The notes under the pieces: generated by a model | The model's database searches: none | The model's input: the letters and a program-made list of their open reading frames with translations, nothing else | What the model was told of the DNA's origin: nothing | Assembly: GCA_963749075.1 (NCBI GenBank) | Contig: CAVVLJ010000021.1 | Location: 608,001-672,000 of the forward strand | Source: an uncultured Pseudomonadota bacterium | Lineage (GTDB): Bacteria; Pseudomonadota; Alphaproteobacteria; JACZXZ01 | Direction: 5' to 3' | DNA length: 64,000 nucleotides | In this document: piece by piece, positions 10,957-25,292 of the stretch | How positions within the stretch are numbered: the first letter of the stretch is position 1 | Layout of the letters: every line of letters begins with the position of its first letter | Position numbers and translations under genes: made by a program

Positions 10957-12833
10957 TCCTCTCGGCGCTTGCCGCCTATTACGACCGCACCGTCGGCACG
11001 CCGGGCGGCCCGCCGCCCTTAGGGTATGCCGAGCTTCCGGTGGTCGGTGCGCTGAACATCGACGAAGCGGGACGGCTCGTCGAGATCACCCCGCTCAGTA
11101 CTCAGGCGAATGTCGGCAAGAAGACGAGACAGGTGCCGCTGCGCCTCGTCGTACCGCAGCCCCCTAAGCGCACCGTGGCGGTTGAGGCGGCCTTTCTTTT
11201 CGACAATGCCGGATACCTGCTCGGCTTCGACGCGAAGGACCGCCCCGAGCGTGTGCGAGAGCAGTTCGCGGCGTCACGTACTTTCCACGCGCGGCTCCTG
11301 AGCGAGGTCGACGATCCGGTGGCGCGGGCAATCCTCGCTTTCTTTGCCAATTGGCAGCCGGCGGAGGCTGCGGTGCGTCTCGCCGGTGAGCCCGAAGAGA
11401 TCGCCACGGGCTGGCTGGTTTTTCGCTATGCCGCGACCGGCGAATATGCCCACGAGGTGCCGGCTCTCCGTGCCGCGTGGGAACGCCACGTCGCGGAAGC
11501 CGACGGCCCGCGCGGCCAGTGCCTGCTGACGGGGGCTGCGGACCTGCCGATCGCCCTGACGCATCCCGCGATCAAAGGCGTACTCGGAGCGCAATCGAGC
11601 GGTGCGGCGCTCGTATCGTTCAATCAGGATTCCTTCACCTCCTACGGCAAGACACAGAACCTAAACGCGCCTATCGGCGCTACGGCAGCCTTTGCCTACA
11701 CGACGGCGCTGAACCACCTCATGCGGCCGGGCAGCCGACAGCGCCTGCAACTGGGCGATGCCACTGTTGTCGTATGGGCCGAGAAGACGACGCGTGCGCA
11801 GCAAGTCGTCGCCTCCGCTGCGGAACAGGTTCTCGCCTCGCTCTTGGGAGGGCGCAGCGAGGACGCGGAACTGGCGGCAAGGGTCCAGGATCGATTGCAA
11901 AGCATCGCGGCTGGGCGCTGGGTGGACGACCCTCAACTGGCAGAAACCCGCGACCTCCGGTTCTTCGTGCTGGGACTGGCGCCCAACGCGGCGAGGTTGC
12001 AGTTGCGCTTTTTCCTGGTCGATACCTTGGGCAGGTTGCTGGAACGCCTCCAGGAGCATTGCCGCGATCTTCTGTTCGAAGAGCCGGGTCCCGGCGTCTA
12101 TGTGCCGACCCTGTGGCGGATTGCCAGCGAGACGCTCCCCAAGGACGCGGAGGGGAGGCCGCGCAGCGATGCCGGTGCCAAGAAGTCGCTCAACAAGTTG
12201 CATGGCGATCTCTTTCGCGCGGTCTTGGCGGGGTACGACTATCCCCAGTCGCTTTTGCCCTTGCTGCTGGAGCGGTTGCGCAGCGACGGTCACTACACCA
12301 CCGTTCGGCTTGGACTGATCAAGGCCGCTCTCAACCGACATCGGCGGCACTCGGGGGAAACGATTGGATCGGAGATCGACATGGGTCTCGACGAGAGCAT
12401 TAGCGAGCCGGGCTATCTGCTCGGCCGCTTGTTCGCGCTGCTGGAGAATCTGCAGGAATGGTCGCGGGGCAAAGGGCCGAAAGGGGAAAGTGCCCAGCCC
12501 ACCATCCTTCACCGCTTTGCGGCGGCGGCCTCCGTCACGCCGCATGCGGTGTTCCCGTACCTGCTCAGCCTGAAAATCGCGCACGAAAGGAAAGCGAAGC
12601 GCGATGCCCCCGGCATTGCTCATAAAAGGACCAAGGAGATCGAGGATTTGATGAACCGCGTGACTGCAAGGGAAGGTTTCCCCTCGCAGCTCGACCTTCG
12701 CCAGCAAGGCCTGTTCTTCATCGGCTATTACCAACAACGTCGTGCGTTCTTTGCCAAGCGAGAGACCGGCGGCGATGCCGAGAGCGAGACCACGATCGAG
12801 GCCGAGACCGCCGACACCGCAAACGAGGAGTGA
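10953..12833 (+). CDS. cas8c: Type I-C large subunit Cas8c/Csd1
   Basis: MILSALAAYY, CLLTG...HPAIKGV...LVSFN, LAPNAARL and YLLGRLFA...FFIGYYQQ motifs. Confidence 0.96.
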   Translation: MILSALAAYYDRTVGTPGGPPPLGYAELPVVGALNIDEAGRLVEITPLSTQANVGKKTRQVPLRLVVPQPPKRTVAVEAAFLFDNAGYLLGFDAKDRPERVREQFAASRTFHARLLSEVDDPVARAILAFFANWQPAEAAVRLAGEPEEIATGWLVFRYAATGEYAHEVPALRAAWERHVAEADGPRGQCLLTGAADLPIALTHPAIKGVLGAQSSGAALVSFNQDSFTSYGKTQNLNAPIGATAAFAYTTALNHLMRPGSRQRLQLGDATVVVWAEKTTRAQQVVASAAEQVLASLLGGRSEDAELAARVQDRLQSIAAGRWVDDPQLAETRDLRFFVLGLAPNAARLQLRFFLVDTLGRLLERLQEHCRDLLFEEPGPGVYVPTLWRIASETLPKDAEGRPRSDAGAKKSLNKLHGDLFRAVLAGYDYPQSLLPLLLERLRSDGHYTTVRLGLIKAALNRHRRHSGETIGSEIDMGLDESISEPGYLLGRLFALLENLQEWSRGKGPKGESAQPTILHRFAAAASVTPHAVFPYLLSLKIAHERKAKRDAPGIAHKRTKEIEDLMNRVTAREGFPSQLDLRQQGLFFIGYYQQRRAFFAKRETGGDAESETTIEAETADTANEE

Positions 12834-12836
12834 GCC

Positions 12837-13718
12837 ATGACCGTCCTCGCCAACCGCATAGAGTTCGTCTACCTGTTCGACGTGACCAACGGGAACCCGA
12901 ACGGCGATCCCGATATGGGCAACATGCCGCGGATCGACCCCGAAACTCACCGGGGCCTGGTCACCAACGTCTGCCTCAAGCGCAAGCTGCGCAACTATGT
13001 CGAAGTGACGCGCCCCGATAAGGTCGGCTACGAGATCTACGTTCGCGAGAAGGCCGTGCTCAACATCCAGCACCGCCGCGCCTATGAGGCGCTCGGCATC
13101 AAGCCCGAGCCGAAGCGCCTGCCGAAGAAGGAGGCCGAGGCGCAGGCGGTGGTGAAGTGGATGTGCGACACCTTCTTCGACATCCGCACTTTCGGCGCCG
13201 TCATGTCCACCGACACGAATGCCGGGCAGGTTCGCGGACCCGTTCAGCTTGCCTTCGCGCGCTCGGCCAACCCCGTGCAGACCCTGAACATCGCCATCAC
13301 CCGGATGGCGGTAACAACCGAGCGCGAGGCCGAGGCGCAGCGCGGCGGCAACCGCACCATGGGCGAGAAGTGGATCGTGCCTTACGGGCTCTACCGCACC
13401 CACGGCTTCGTCTCGGCGCATCTTGCGGCCCGCACCGGCTTTTCGGATGAGGACCTCGGCGTATTGTGGGAGGGGCTCACCCGCATGTTCGATCACGACC
13501 GCTCCGCCGCTCGCGGAGAAATGTCCTGCCGCGGCCTCTATGTCTTCCGCCACGACAACGCGCTCGGCAACGCGCCCGCGCACAAGCTGCTCGAGCTGGT
13601 CGAGGTCAAGAAGCGGATTCCCAAGGACCAGCCCCCGCGCAGCTTCGCCGATTACGACGTGGCGGTGTCTCGCGATCGCCTGCCCGACGGTGTCTCCTTG
13701 GAGGAGCCCGGTGCATGA
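12837..13718 (+). CDS. cas7c: Type I-C Cas7/Csd2
   Basis: NGNPNGDPD...[22 protein letters not shown] and HDRSAARG motifs. Confidence 0.97.
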   Translation: MTVLANRIEFVYLFDVTNGNPNGDPDMGNMPRIDPETHRGLVTNVCLKRKLRNYVEVTRPDKVGYEIYVREKAVLNIQHRRAYEALGIKPEPKRLPKKEAEAQAVVKWMCDTFFDIRTFGAVMSTDTNAGQVRGPVQLAFARSANPVQTLNIAITRMAVTTEREAEAQRGGNRTMGEKWIVPYGLYRTHGFVSAHLAARTGFSDEDLGVLWEGLTRMFDHDRSAARGEMSCRGLYVFRHDNALGNAPAHKLLELVEVKKRIPKDQPPRSFADYDVAVSRDRLPDGVSLEEPGA

Positions 13719-14362
13719 GCGGGCAGGAGCGGCAAAGCACCGACGACGAGTTGGCGCCCATTTCCGCCCTCCAGCACCTCGTTTTCTGCCCCCGACAATG
13801 CGCGCTCATCCATCTCGAGCGCGCTTGGGCGGAGAACCGCCTGACGGCGGAGGGCGATCTGCTGCACGCGCGCGTCCAGTCGGGCGAGACGACGACCCGT
13901 GGCGCGCTCCGGGTATATCGAGCCCTTTCACTCGTGTCCCGGCGCCTGGGCCTGATTGGCGTCGCAGATGTTGTCGAAATCCATCGCGCCGAGGACGGGA
14001 GCGAGCAGGCCTACCCGATCGAGTACAAGCGGGGTGCTCCGAAGACTCATGATGCCGACCGCGTCCAGCTCTGTGCCCAGGCTCTGTGCCTCGAGGAGAT
14101 GCTGGACCTGGCGGTGCCGGAGGGCGCCTTGTTTTATGCAGCACCGCGGCGGCGGGAGACCGTGACGTTCGACGCCGTGCTTAGGCAGGAGACCGAGGCG
14201 TACGCCGTTCAGCTCAGGGAGTTGCTCGATCGAGGCGGAATCCCGCCGCCCAGGATCGGTCCCCACTGCCGATCCTGCTCGCTCGAGGAGATTTGCCGTC
14301 CCCATTTGTCGGAGAAGCCTTCGGCCGCGTCCTGGCTGGAGCGGGCACGCGCGGAGCCGTGA
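13715..14362 (+). CDS. cas4: Cas4 exonuclease
   Basis: [37 protein letters not shown] and [10 protein letters not shown] Fe-S cysteines; ATG at 13715. Confidence 0.96.
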   Translation: MSGQERQSTDDELAPISALQHLVFCPRQCALIHLERAWAENRLTAEGDLLHARVQSGETTTRGALRVYRALSLVSRRLGLIGVADVVEIHRAEDGSEQAYPIEYKRGAPKTHDADRVQLCAQALCLEEMLDLAVPEGALFYAAPRRRETVTFDAVLRQETEAYAVQLRELLDRGGIPPPRIGPHCRSCSLEEICRPHLSEKPSAASWLERARAEP

Positions 14363-14372
14363 GGGTGCGGCC

Positions 14373-15407
14373 ATGCGTCGGCTCGGCAATACGCTCTATG
14401 TGACGACCCAGGGCACTCATCTCTCGAAGGAGGGCGAATGCATCCGCGTCTTCCGCGACGGTGTGCCGCCGGCGCAAATCCCGATCCACGGCGTCGACGG
14501 CATTGTCGCCTTCGGCCTTGTTAGCGTTACGCCGCCGCTCCTGGGATTTTGCGCCGAGCGGGGAGTCACGATCACTTGGCTGACCGAGCATGGCCGGTTT
14601 CTTGCTCGTGCCGAAGGCCCTGTCCGCGGCAATGTTCTTCTTCGGCGTGCGCAATATCGGGCGGCCGACGACCCGTCTGCGGCTGGGGCGCTCGCCCGCT
14701 CGATCGTGATCGGCAAGGTCTATAATCAGCGCGCCGTCTTGCGGCGCGCGTTGCGGGATCATGGCGCGGGTATGGCATCGGAGGCGCGCGCCGGGCTTGA
14801 GGGGGCGGCCGACCGCTTGACGCAAGTCCTCGGACGCCTCGAGCGGGATGCACCGCTCGAGGCGGTTCGTGGACTTGAGGGCGAGGCGGCGCAAACCTAT
14901 TTCTCGGCGTTTCCCAACCTGCTGCGGGATCGTGCTTATAGCTTCGCCGGACGCGTGCGCCGGCCGCCGACCGATCCGGTCAATGCCTTGCTTTCGTTCG
15001 TCTACGTCATGTTGACCCATGACGCCCGCTCGGCGCTCGAAGGGGTGGGGCTTGATCCGGCAGTCGGCTTTCTCCATCGGGATCGACCGGGGCGGCCGAG
15101 CCTGGCTTTGGATCTGGTGGAGGAATTTCGTGCATGGTTCGCCGATCGCCTCGTCCTTTCGCTCGTCAACCGTAGGCAGGTCAGCCCATCTGACTTCGAG
15201 ACGGAGGTTGGAGGCGCGGTGACGATGAAGGAGGATGCGCGGAAGACCGTGCTGGTCGCCTATCAGGAGCGCAAGCGGGAAACGCTCGGCCATCCGTTCA
15301 CCGGAGAGAAGCTGATGGTCGGCCTGTTCTGGCACGAGCAGGCGCGGCTCCTGGCGGCCCACATGCGGGGCGATCTCGACGCCTATCCGCCGTTCCTCGT
15401 TCGCTGA
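14373..15407 (+). CDS. cas1: Type I-C Cas1
   Basis: NTLYVTTQG, RGLEGEAA, RRPPTDPVNALLSF and SLALDLVEEFR motifs. Confidence 0.98.
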   Translation: MRRLGNTLYVTTQGTHLSKEGECIRVFRDGVPPAQIPIHGVDGIVAFGLVSVTPPLLGFCAERGVTITWLTEHGRFLARAEGPVRGNVLLRRAQYRAADDPSAAGALARSIVIGKVYNQRAVLRRALRDHGAGMASEARAGLEGAADRLTQVLGRLERDAPLEAVRGLEGEAAQTYFSAFPNLLRDRAYSFAGRVRRPPTDPVNALLSFVYVMLTHDARSALEGVGLDPAVGFLHRDRPGRPSLALDLVEEFRAWFADRLVLSLVNRRQVSPSDFETEVGGAVTMKEDARKTVLVAYQERKRETLGHPFTGEKLMVGLFWHEQARLLAAHMRGDLDAYPPFLVR

Positions 15408-15408
15408 G

Positions 15409-15702
15409 GTGCCCGTGCTGGTCCTTGTGACGTATGATGTCGGGACGACAACATCGGCAGGCCGGCGTCGGCTGCGCCGGGTTGCGCGCGCCTGTCAGGA
15501 TTTCGGCACACGTGTGCAGCTCTCCGTCTTCGAGTGCGAGGTGGATCCGGCCCAGTGGACGGTTCTGAGAGCGCGCCTGCTCGACTTGATCGACCCACAG
15601 GCGGATAGCCTGCGGTTCTACCAACTCGGCAGCGGCGTGAAGCGTATCGAGCACATCGGCGCGAAAAGGCCGCTCGATCCCGACGGAGCGCTGATCCTCT
15701 GA
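15409..15702 (+). CDS. cas2: Cas2
   Basis: VLVTYDV...RRLRRVARAC..FG.RVQ.SVFEC; true start may be GTG at 15415. Confidence 0.96.
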   Translation: MPVLVLVTYDVGTTTSAGRRRLRRVARACQDFGTRVQLSVFECEVDPAQWTVLRARLLDLIDPQADSLRFYQLGSGVKRIEHIGAKRPLDPDGALIL

Positions 15703-15901
15703 CCGGCGGGGGGGGGGGGGGCGGTTGAATGCCGCGCGCGAACCTCAAGCGAGCAGAGACGTCGGGCTAGGTTCGCGCTCCTGGAAATTCAAGGGTTTAG
15801 TTTCAAGATCGAGTGGCAAGCATTCGTGCTGGCGCGAGCTTTGAGAGGTTCGCGCCCATGAGCCAAGTGTCCTAGACGAATCAACATGCTACTGTGCCGC
15901 C
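15703..15901 (+). promoter_or_regulatory. CRISPR leader with I-C-type repeated motifs
   Basis: GCGCGAACC 15736-15744, with GGTTCGCGC at 15770-15778 and 15847-15855; AT-richer stretches; 14-G run at 15708-15721. Confidence 0.8.
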
Positions 15902-20205
<4,304 letters not shown>

Positions 20206-20307
20206 CTCTCCTTTTGATCGAGGCGACACCGAGACGGGGTCTTCGCCCTCGCGCGGCGGTGTGAGGGGAACGGGCGAGCTTGCTCCTCCCTCGTCACATG
20301 CCCACTC

Positions 20308-21156
20308 TCACATCGCCGCCAGCTTCGCCCTCGCCGCCGCCGCCACGCGCGCGGTGACCGCGGCGATGTCGCTTTGCAGCTTGGCGAAGCCGGCGCTCTT
20401 CTCGACGGCGGCCTCCTCGAGGTAGAGCCCCCGGTTGATCTCGACTTGCACCGAGTGGCGCTCCTCGGCCGGCGAGCCGTAGCGCCGCACGATGGCGGCG
20501 CCCTTGTAGGGGTCGTTGAAGGCGACGCGGTAGCCGAGGGCGCGGAAGGCCTCGGCGAGAAGTTGGCTGAGCTCCGCGGCACAGCTCGTGCCGTCGAGGT
20601 CGCCGATGACGAAATCGGCGCGCCGCCGCCCGCTATCGGGGGTCATGGCGTTGCCCACCGACTTCATCGAGTGCCAATCGATGTGCCAGGCGAAGCCGAA
20701 GCGGCGGTGGAGGCCGTCGAGCGCCTCACCTAGGGCGCGGTGGTAGGGCCAGTAGACGCGCTCGAGGCGCTCGGCGACCTCGGCCACGCTGAGCTTGTCC
20801 GCATGCACCTCGACACCCGGCGTGAGATAGCGCCGCACCAGTCCCAGCCCCTTGCGCGTCTTGTTCGTGGGCCTGAGCGGTGCCGGCCAGGGCTCGGCCA
20901 GGAGCTCGCGGTCGAGGTCGTCGGGCTCGCGGTTGGCGTCGATGTAGCAGCGCGGGTAGTTGGCGTGGAGGAGCGTGACGCCGAGTGCCGGTGCCGCCGC
21001 CACCAGCTCGTCCACATAGGCGTCCTCGCCCTGGCGAAGGATGTCCTGCGGCAGCCGCACGCGCCAGTCGGCCGGATAGAAGCGCCCGCTGTGCGGCGAG
21101 TCGAAGAGCACCGGGGCGGGCTCGCACTCGGGCTCGAGAAGCTCGTAAGCTCGCAT
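20308..21156 (-). CDS. N-formylglutamate amidohydrolase family protein
   Basis: VLFDSPHSG, EDAYVD, PRCYIDANR, DWHSM and QVEINRGLY motifs; ATG at 21156. Confidence 0.9.
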   Translation of the reverse strand: MRAYELLEPECEPAPVLFDSPHSGRFYPADWRVRLPQDILRQGEDAYVDELVAAAPALGVTLLHANYPRCYIDANREPDDLDRELLAEPWPAPLRPTNKTRKGLGLVRRYLTPGVEVHADKLSVAEVAERLERVYWPYHRALGEALDGLHRRFGFAWHIDWHSMKSVGNAMTPDSGRRRADFVIGDLDGTSCAAELSQLLAEAFRALGYRVAFNDPYKGAAIVRRYGSPAEERHSVQVEINRGLYLEEAAVEKSAGFAKLQSDIAAVTARVAAAARAKLAAM

Positions 21157-21173
21157 CTCGACCTCCCGCCCGC

Positions 21174-23228
21174 TCAGCGCAACGCCGCCGCGATGTTGCC
21201 GCCGTCGCAGGTGAGCACCGCACCCGTCGTCTTCTCGGCGAGCGCCAGCGAGACGAAGCATTGCGCCACGTCCTCCGCCTTGACCTCGCGCTCGAGCAGG
21301 TTGCCCGCCATATATTGCCGCTCCGAGAGGCCGCGCGCCTTCGAGCGCGAGGCGATCATCTCCGCCGTGAGGAGGCCCGAGCGGATGCGGTCGGCGTTGA
21401 CCGCATTGGAGCGGATGCCGTCCTTGCCGTAGTCGACGGCGTATTGCCGCATGAGGAAGAGGGTCGCCGCCTTGGGCAGCCCATAGGGGCCGAAGTCGGG
21501 GCCCGGGTTGACCGCCTGCTTCGAGGTGTTGAAGAGGAGGCAGCCGCCGGTCGCTTGCGCGCGCATGACGGCGACCGCGTGGCGCGCCACCGTCTGGTGC
21601 GCGAAGAAATTGAGCTCGAAGCTCTGGCGCAGCGTGGCATCCGCGACCTCGCCGATGCGGCCCTGCCAGGCCGCCCCGGCGTTCGACACCAGGATGTCGA
21701 GGCCGCCATAGGCCTCGCAAAGGCGCGCGAAGGCCGCCGCCACTTGCTCGCCATCGGTCACGTCGCAGGCGAGCGCCAAGCCGCCGATGGCCTTGGCGAC
21801 CGCACCTGCGAGCTCTCGGTCGCGGTCGAGCACCGCCACCTCGGCGCCCGCGGCGGCAAAGGCGGCGGCGGTCGCGGCGCCGATGCCGCTCCCCCCGCCG
21901 GTCACCGCGACGATGCGGCGCTGGAGCGGCTTCTCCGCGGCCTTGCCGAGCTTCGCCTGTTCGAGCGACCAGTATTCCATGTCGAAGCACTCGGCCTCCG
22001 AGATGCTCTCGAAGCGGCCGATGCGCTCGGCCGCGGCGATCACCTCGACGGCGGTCTCGGCAAGATCGCCGGCGACCCGCGCCTCCTTGGCCGAGGCGCC
22101 GAGTGCGAAGAGCCCGACGCCGGGCACGAGGATGACGCGCGGCACCGGATCGAGCTCCTTCTTCTTGTTTGCGGCCATCGCATTGTTGCGCGCGAAATAG
22201 GCGCTGTAGGCGGCCCGGTAGGCGGCAAAGGCGTCCTTGGCCGAAGCCGCGAATCCCGCGAGATCGCCGGCCGCGGGTGCGGGGAGGATGAGCGGCAGGC
22301 GCTTGGTGCGGATCACGTGGTCGGGCGTCACGACGCCGGCCTGGCCGTAGCGCTGGAGCTCGGCGCCGTTCACGAAGGCGAGCACCTCGGGCGTGTTGCG
22401 CAAGCTCATGACGAAGCGGGCGGTGCCGCCCGCCGCGCTCGCCGCGGGAAGTGCCGCGAGGCCGCGGAGGATGGGGGCGATCGCGGCGGCAGGAGCGACG
22501 CTCTCCGGCAAGGCCGCGCGGGCGAAGCTGCGGTTGGCGCCGTGTGCCAAGCGCTCCTCGGCGCGCGTCACGAGCGCGATCATGCGCTCATAGGCCTCGC
22601 GCGCCGTGGCGCCGAAGCTGAAGATGCCGTGCTTGGCGAGGATGAGGCCCTCGACCTCGGGGTCCTCCTCGTAGACCTCGGCGGCTTTCTTGGCCAGTGC
22701 AAAGCCGGGCATGATGTAGGGCACCACGGCGGCGCGCCGGCCGTAGACCTCGCGGCAAAGCGCCTCGCCCTCCGGCTGGTCGGCGAGTGCGAGCACCGCA
22801 TTGGCATGGGTATGGTCGATGAACTTGTGCGGCAGGAAGGCGTGCAGCAGCGTCTCGACCGAGGGATTGGGCGCGTTGCTGTCGAGGAGGTTGCCGCGCT
22901 GGGCATTGACCATGTCCTCGTCGGAGAGTGCGGCAAGCGCGCGCAGCTCGCGCAAAGGGCCGAGGCGGACCGCGGGCAGGCCTTGGGGCTCGATCGACGC
23001 CATGTCCCAGCCGCTGCCCTTGACGCGGAGCACCTCGACCTCGCGGCCGAGGAGATCGCGGGCTTGCGTCTTCAAGGAGGTGTTGCCGCCGCCGTGCAGC
23101 ACGAGCCGCGGCTCGGCGCCGAGGAGCCGGGTCGTATAGACCCTGAGGGCGAGCTCCGCCGCGACGCCGGCGGCGCCATAGCGCGCGCGCGCGGCCTCGG
23201 CATCGCGGTCGGACCACAGGCTCTGCAT
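21174..23228 (-). CDS. Bifunctional class II aldolase / short-chain dehydrogenase (RhaD-like)
   Basis: GGGNTSLK, PSVETLLH, DHTHAN and TPDHVIRTK aldolase part; TGGGSGIG and YGLPK SDR part. Confidence 0.92.
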   Translation of the reverse strand: MQSLWSDRDAEAARARYGAAGVAAELALRVYTTRLLGAEPRLVLHGGGNTSLKTQARDLLGREVEVLRVKGSGWDMASIEPQGLPAVRLGPLRELRALAALSDEDMVNAQRGNLLDSNAPNPSVETLLHAFLPHKFIDHTHANAVLALADQPEGEALCREVYGRRAAVVPYIMPGFALAKKAAEVYEEDPEVEGLILAKHGIFSFGATAREAYERMIALVTRAEERLAHGANRSFARAALPESVAPAAAIAPILRGLAALPAASAAGGTARFVMSLRNTPEVLAFVNGAELQRYGQAGVVTPDHVIRTKRLPLILPAPAAGDLAGFAASAKDAFAAYRAAYSAYFARNNAMAANKKKELDPVPRVILVPGVGLFALGASAKEARVAGDLAETAVEVIAAAERIGRFESISEAECFDMEYWSLEQAKLGKAAEKPLQRRIVAVTGGGSGIGAATAAAFAAAGAEVAVLDRDRELAGAVAKAIGGLALACDVTDGEQVAAAFARLCEAYGGLDILVSNAGAAWQGRIGEVADATLRQSFELNFFAHQTVARHAVAVMRAQATGGCLLFNTSKQAVNPGPDFGPYGLPKAATLFLMRQYAVDYGKDGIRSNAVNADRIRSGLLTAEMIASRSKARGLSERQYMAGNLLEREVKAEDVAQCFVSLALAEKTTGAVLTCDGGNIAAALR

Positions 23229-23364
23229 GCCGAACTCCGTGCTCAGGGGTGGCGGTCGCCTATCATATCGCACACTCGCCGGCCCTCTTCAGCCCGAAAC
23301 TTCGCACTAACCACAGCTAGCCATGATATGCGCTGTGCAAAGGCGCCTCGGACCGGCAGCGGCG

Positions 23365-23478
23365 CGTCCTTCGAGACGCTCGCTTTCGCTCGCTCCTCAG
23401 GACGAGGTCCAGTCTTTCTGCCACACACAAATCGACCTCATCCTGAGGAGCGCCCCAAAGGGGCGCGTCACGAAGGAC
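23365..23478. repeat. Alphaproteobacterial REP-doublet-like inverted repeat
   Basis: TCCTTCGAGACGC...GCTCCTCAGGACGAGGTC and inverted GACCTCATCCTGAGGAGC...GCGTCACGAAGGA, each arm with an internal hairpin. Confidence 0.75.
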
Positions 23479-23509
23479 CCACGGCGGAACTGCAAGCGTC
23501 CTTGCAGCA

Positions 23510-24007
23510 TCAGCCGCTTTTATCAATCCTCAACGGAGGCAGATGGTCGCGGAACTCGGCGAGCACGGCCTCGTAGAGGTTGCGCTTGAAGGCGACGGCG
23601 AGACGCGGCAGCGAGGCGGGCTCGGCCCAGCGCCAGCGGCTGAATTCCGGATGGTGGTCGCGCTCGAGGTCGATGTCGGAGTCCTCGCCGGCAAAGCGGC
23701 AGAGCAACCACTTCTGGCGCTGGCCGCGATAGCGCCCGCCCCACGCGCGCGCGCGCGTCTCCGGCGGCAGCTCGTAGACCAGCCAGTCGCGGCTCTCGGC
23801 CAGGATCTCGGCCTTGTCGGTGCCGATCTCCTCGGCGAGCTCGCGCAGTGCCGCTTCCGCCGGCGTCTCGCCCGCGTCGATGCCGCCCTGGGGCATCTGC
23901 CACGCGCCCGGCATGCCGATGCGCTCGGCGACGAAGACGAGGCCGGCCCGATTGACCAGCATGATGCCGACGCCGCGGCGATAGACCGTATCGTCATGGG
24001 CTGCCAT
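23510..24007 (-). CDS. rppH: RNA pyrophosphohydrolase
   Basis: YRRGVGIML, WQMPQGGID, RELAEEIG Nudix box and GQRQKW. Confidence 0.93.
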   Translation of the reverse strand: MAAHDDTVYRRGVGIMLVNRAGLVFVAERIGMPGAWQMPQGGIDAGETPAEAALRELAEEIGTDKAEILAESRDWLVYELPPETRARAWGGRYRGQRQKWLLCRFAGEDSDIDLERDHHPEFSRWRWAEPASLPRLAVAFKRNLYEAVLAEFRDHLPPLRIDKSG

Positions 24008-24008
24008 G

Positions 24009-25256
24009 TCAGCTGCCGCTCCGCTGGCGCACCATGGCCGAGACCGGGGCCAGGGCGATCCCCTTGTCGGGCAGCGTCGCGGTCCAGGCCGCGACCCGCT
24101 CGATGGTCACCGGATAGGGAAAGCCCATGGCGATGCTGGCGCCCTTTGCCCGCGCCTCCTCCTCGACGGCCTCAAGCATCTGGTCGATGGCGGCGCGCGA
24201 GGCCTCGGTATCGATGATGCGCTCGTTGCTGGCCGCCGGCAATCCGAGCTTGTCGGCAAGCGCGCGGACGGCGCTGGCGCCCGCCGCGTGGCTGTCGAGG
24301 AAGAGGAGGCCGCGCTCCTTGAGCTCCTCGAGGATCGGCCACATGCTGCTGTCCGAGGCGGTGAAGCGCTGGCCCAGGTAATTGGTCGCTCCGACGTAGC
24401 CGGTGAAGCGCGAGAGCAGCCAGCTCAGCCGGTCGAGGTTCTCCGAGGGCGTGAGCACGGTAAGGAGGGCGTGCGGCCCGGCGTCGCCGGTCGAGAGGTC
24501 CTCCGCCTCCATGGGAAGGCTCATCAGCACCTCGTGCCCGGCGGCACGGGCGAGCGAGATGTACTCCTCGAGCCCATGGGCGTAAGGCGAGAAGGCGAGC
24601 GTGACCCCGCCGGGGAGCTCCTGGATTGCCGCCTCGGTCGCCGCCCCCGAGAGCCCGAGGTTGCCGATCACGATGGCGACGCGCGGCCGGCTGTCGCTCT
24701 TGTCGAAGGGGCGGGCGTAGACGCGCCAGGGGGCGCGGCCGTCGGGGGCGATGCGCGGCAGCGGCCCGGCCCTGCCGCGCTCGACGAGGCCGGGCGCCGG
24801 CGCCGGCACGAGGGCGAGCTGCGGCGGCGCCTTGGCGCTGGCGGCGGGCTTGCCGGGTGGGCTGCCGGCGGGACTGGCTGCGGGCGCCGGCGCTGCCGCT
24901 GGCGGTGCCGGCTCCGCTGCCGTGGGCGGGGCTGCTTGGGGCGCCGGTGCGGCCGGAGTTTCCTCCGCCGCCGGCTTCGCCGGCAGGGGAGGCGCCTCAG
25001 GCGGGGCAGCGGGCTCGGGCGCCGGCGCCGCCACCACCGCCGGCGCCGGTGCTGCTGCCGGCGCGGCGGGAGCCGGCAGCGGCGGCGGCAGGTGGACCCT
25101 CACGCGCGTCAGCGAGGCGGTCTGCACCTCGCCCGAGAGGGTCGATATCCAGAGCCAGGCAGCCACCTCGAGGACGAGCGCGAGCAGGACGACGATCGTC
25201 GCGCCGAGCGGGCTCAGCCGTCGATTCTCGTCCCTTCGCAGCCTGCTGCCATTCAC
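24009..25256 (-). CDS. Divergent polysaccharide deacetylase family protein (YibQ-like)
   Basis: N-terminal TM, Pro/Ala linker, GHEVLMSLPME and LFLDS motifs; follows ctpA. Confidence 0.88.
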   Translation of the reverse strand: MNGSRLRRDENRRLSPLGATIVVLLALVLEVAAWLWISTLSGEVQTASLTRVRVHLPPPLPAPAAPAAAPAPAVVAAPAPEPAAPPEAPPLPAKPAAEETPAAPAPQAAPPTAAEPAPPAAAPAPAASPAGSPPGKPAASAKAPPQLALVPAPAPGLVERGRAGPLPRIAPDGRAPWRVYARPFDKSDSRPRVAIVIGNLGLSGAATEAAIQELPGGVTLAFSPYAHGLEEYISLARAAGHEVLMSLPMEAEDLSTGDAGPHALLTVLTPSENLDRLSWLLSRFTGYVGATNYLGQRFTASDSSMWPILEELKERGLLFLDSHAAGASAVRALADKLGLPAASNERIIDTEASRAAIDQMLEAVEEEARAKGASIAMGFPYPVTIERVAAWTATLPDKGIALAPVSAMVRQRSGS

Positions 25257-25292
25257 GCGTCCGTCCTTGAGAATGCCCGCCGTGCTGCGGAC

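Noticed and set aside
7540-15702. Absence of cas6
   Set aside because: Normal for type I-C, where Cas5c processes the crRNA
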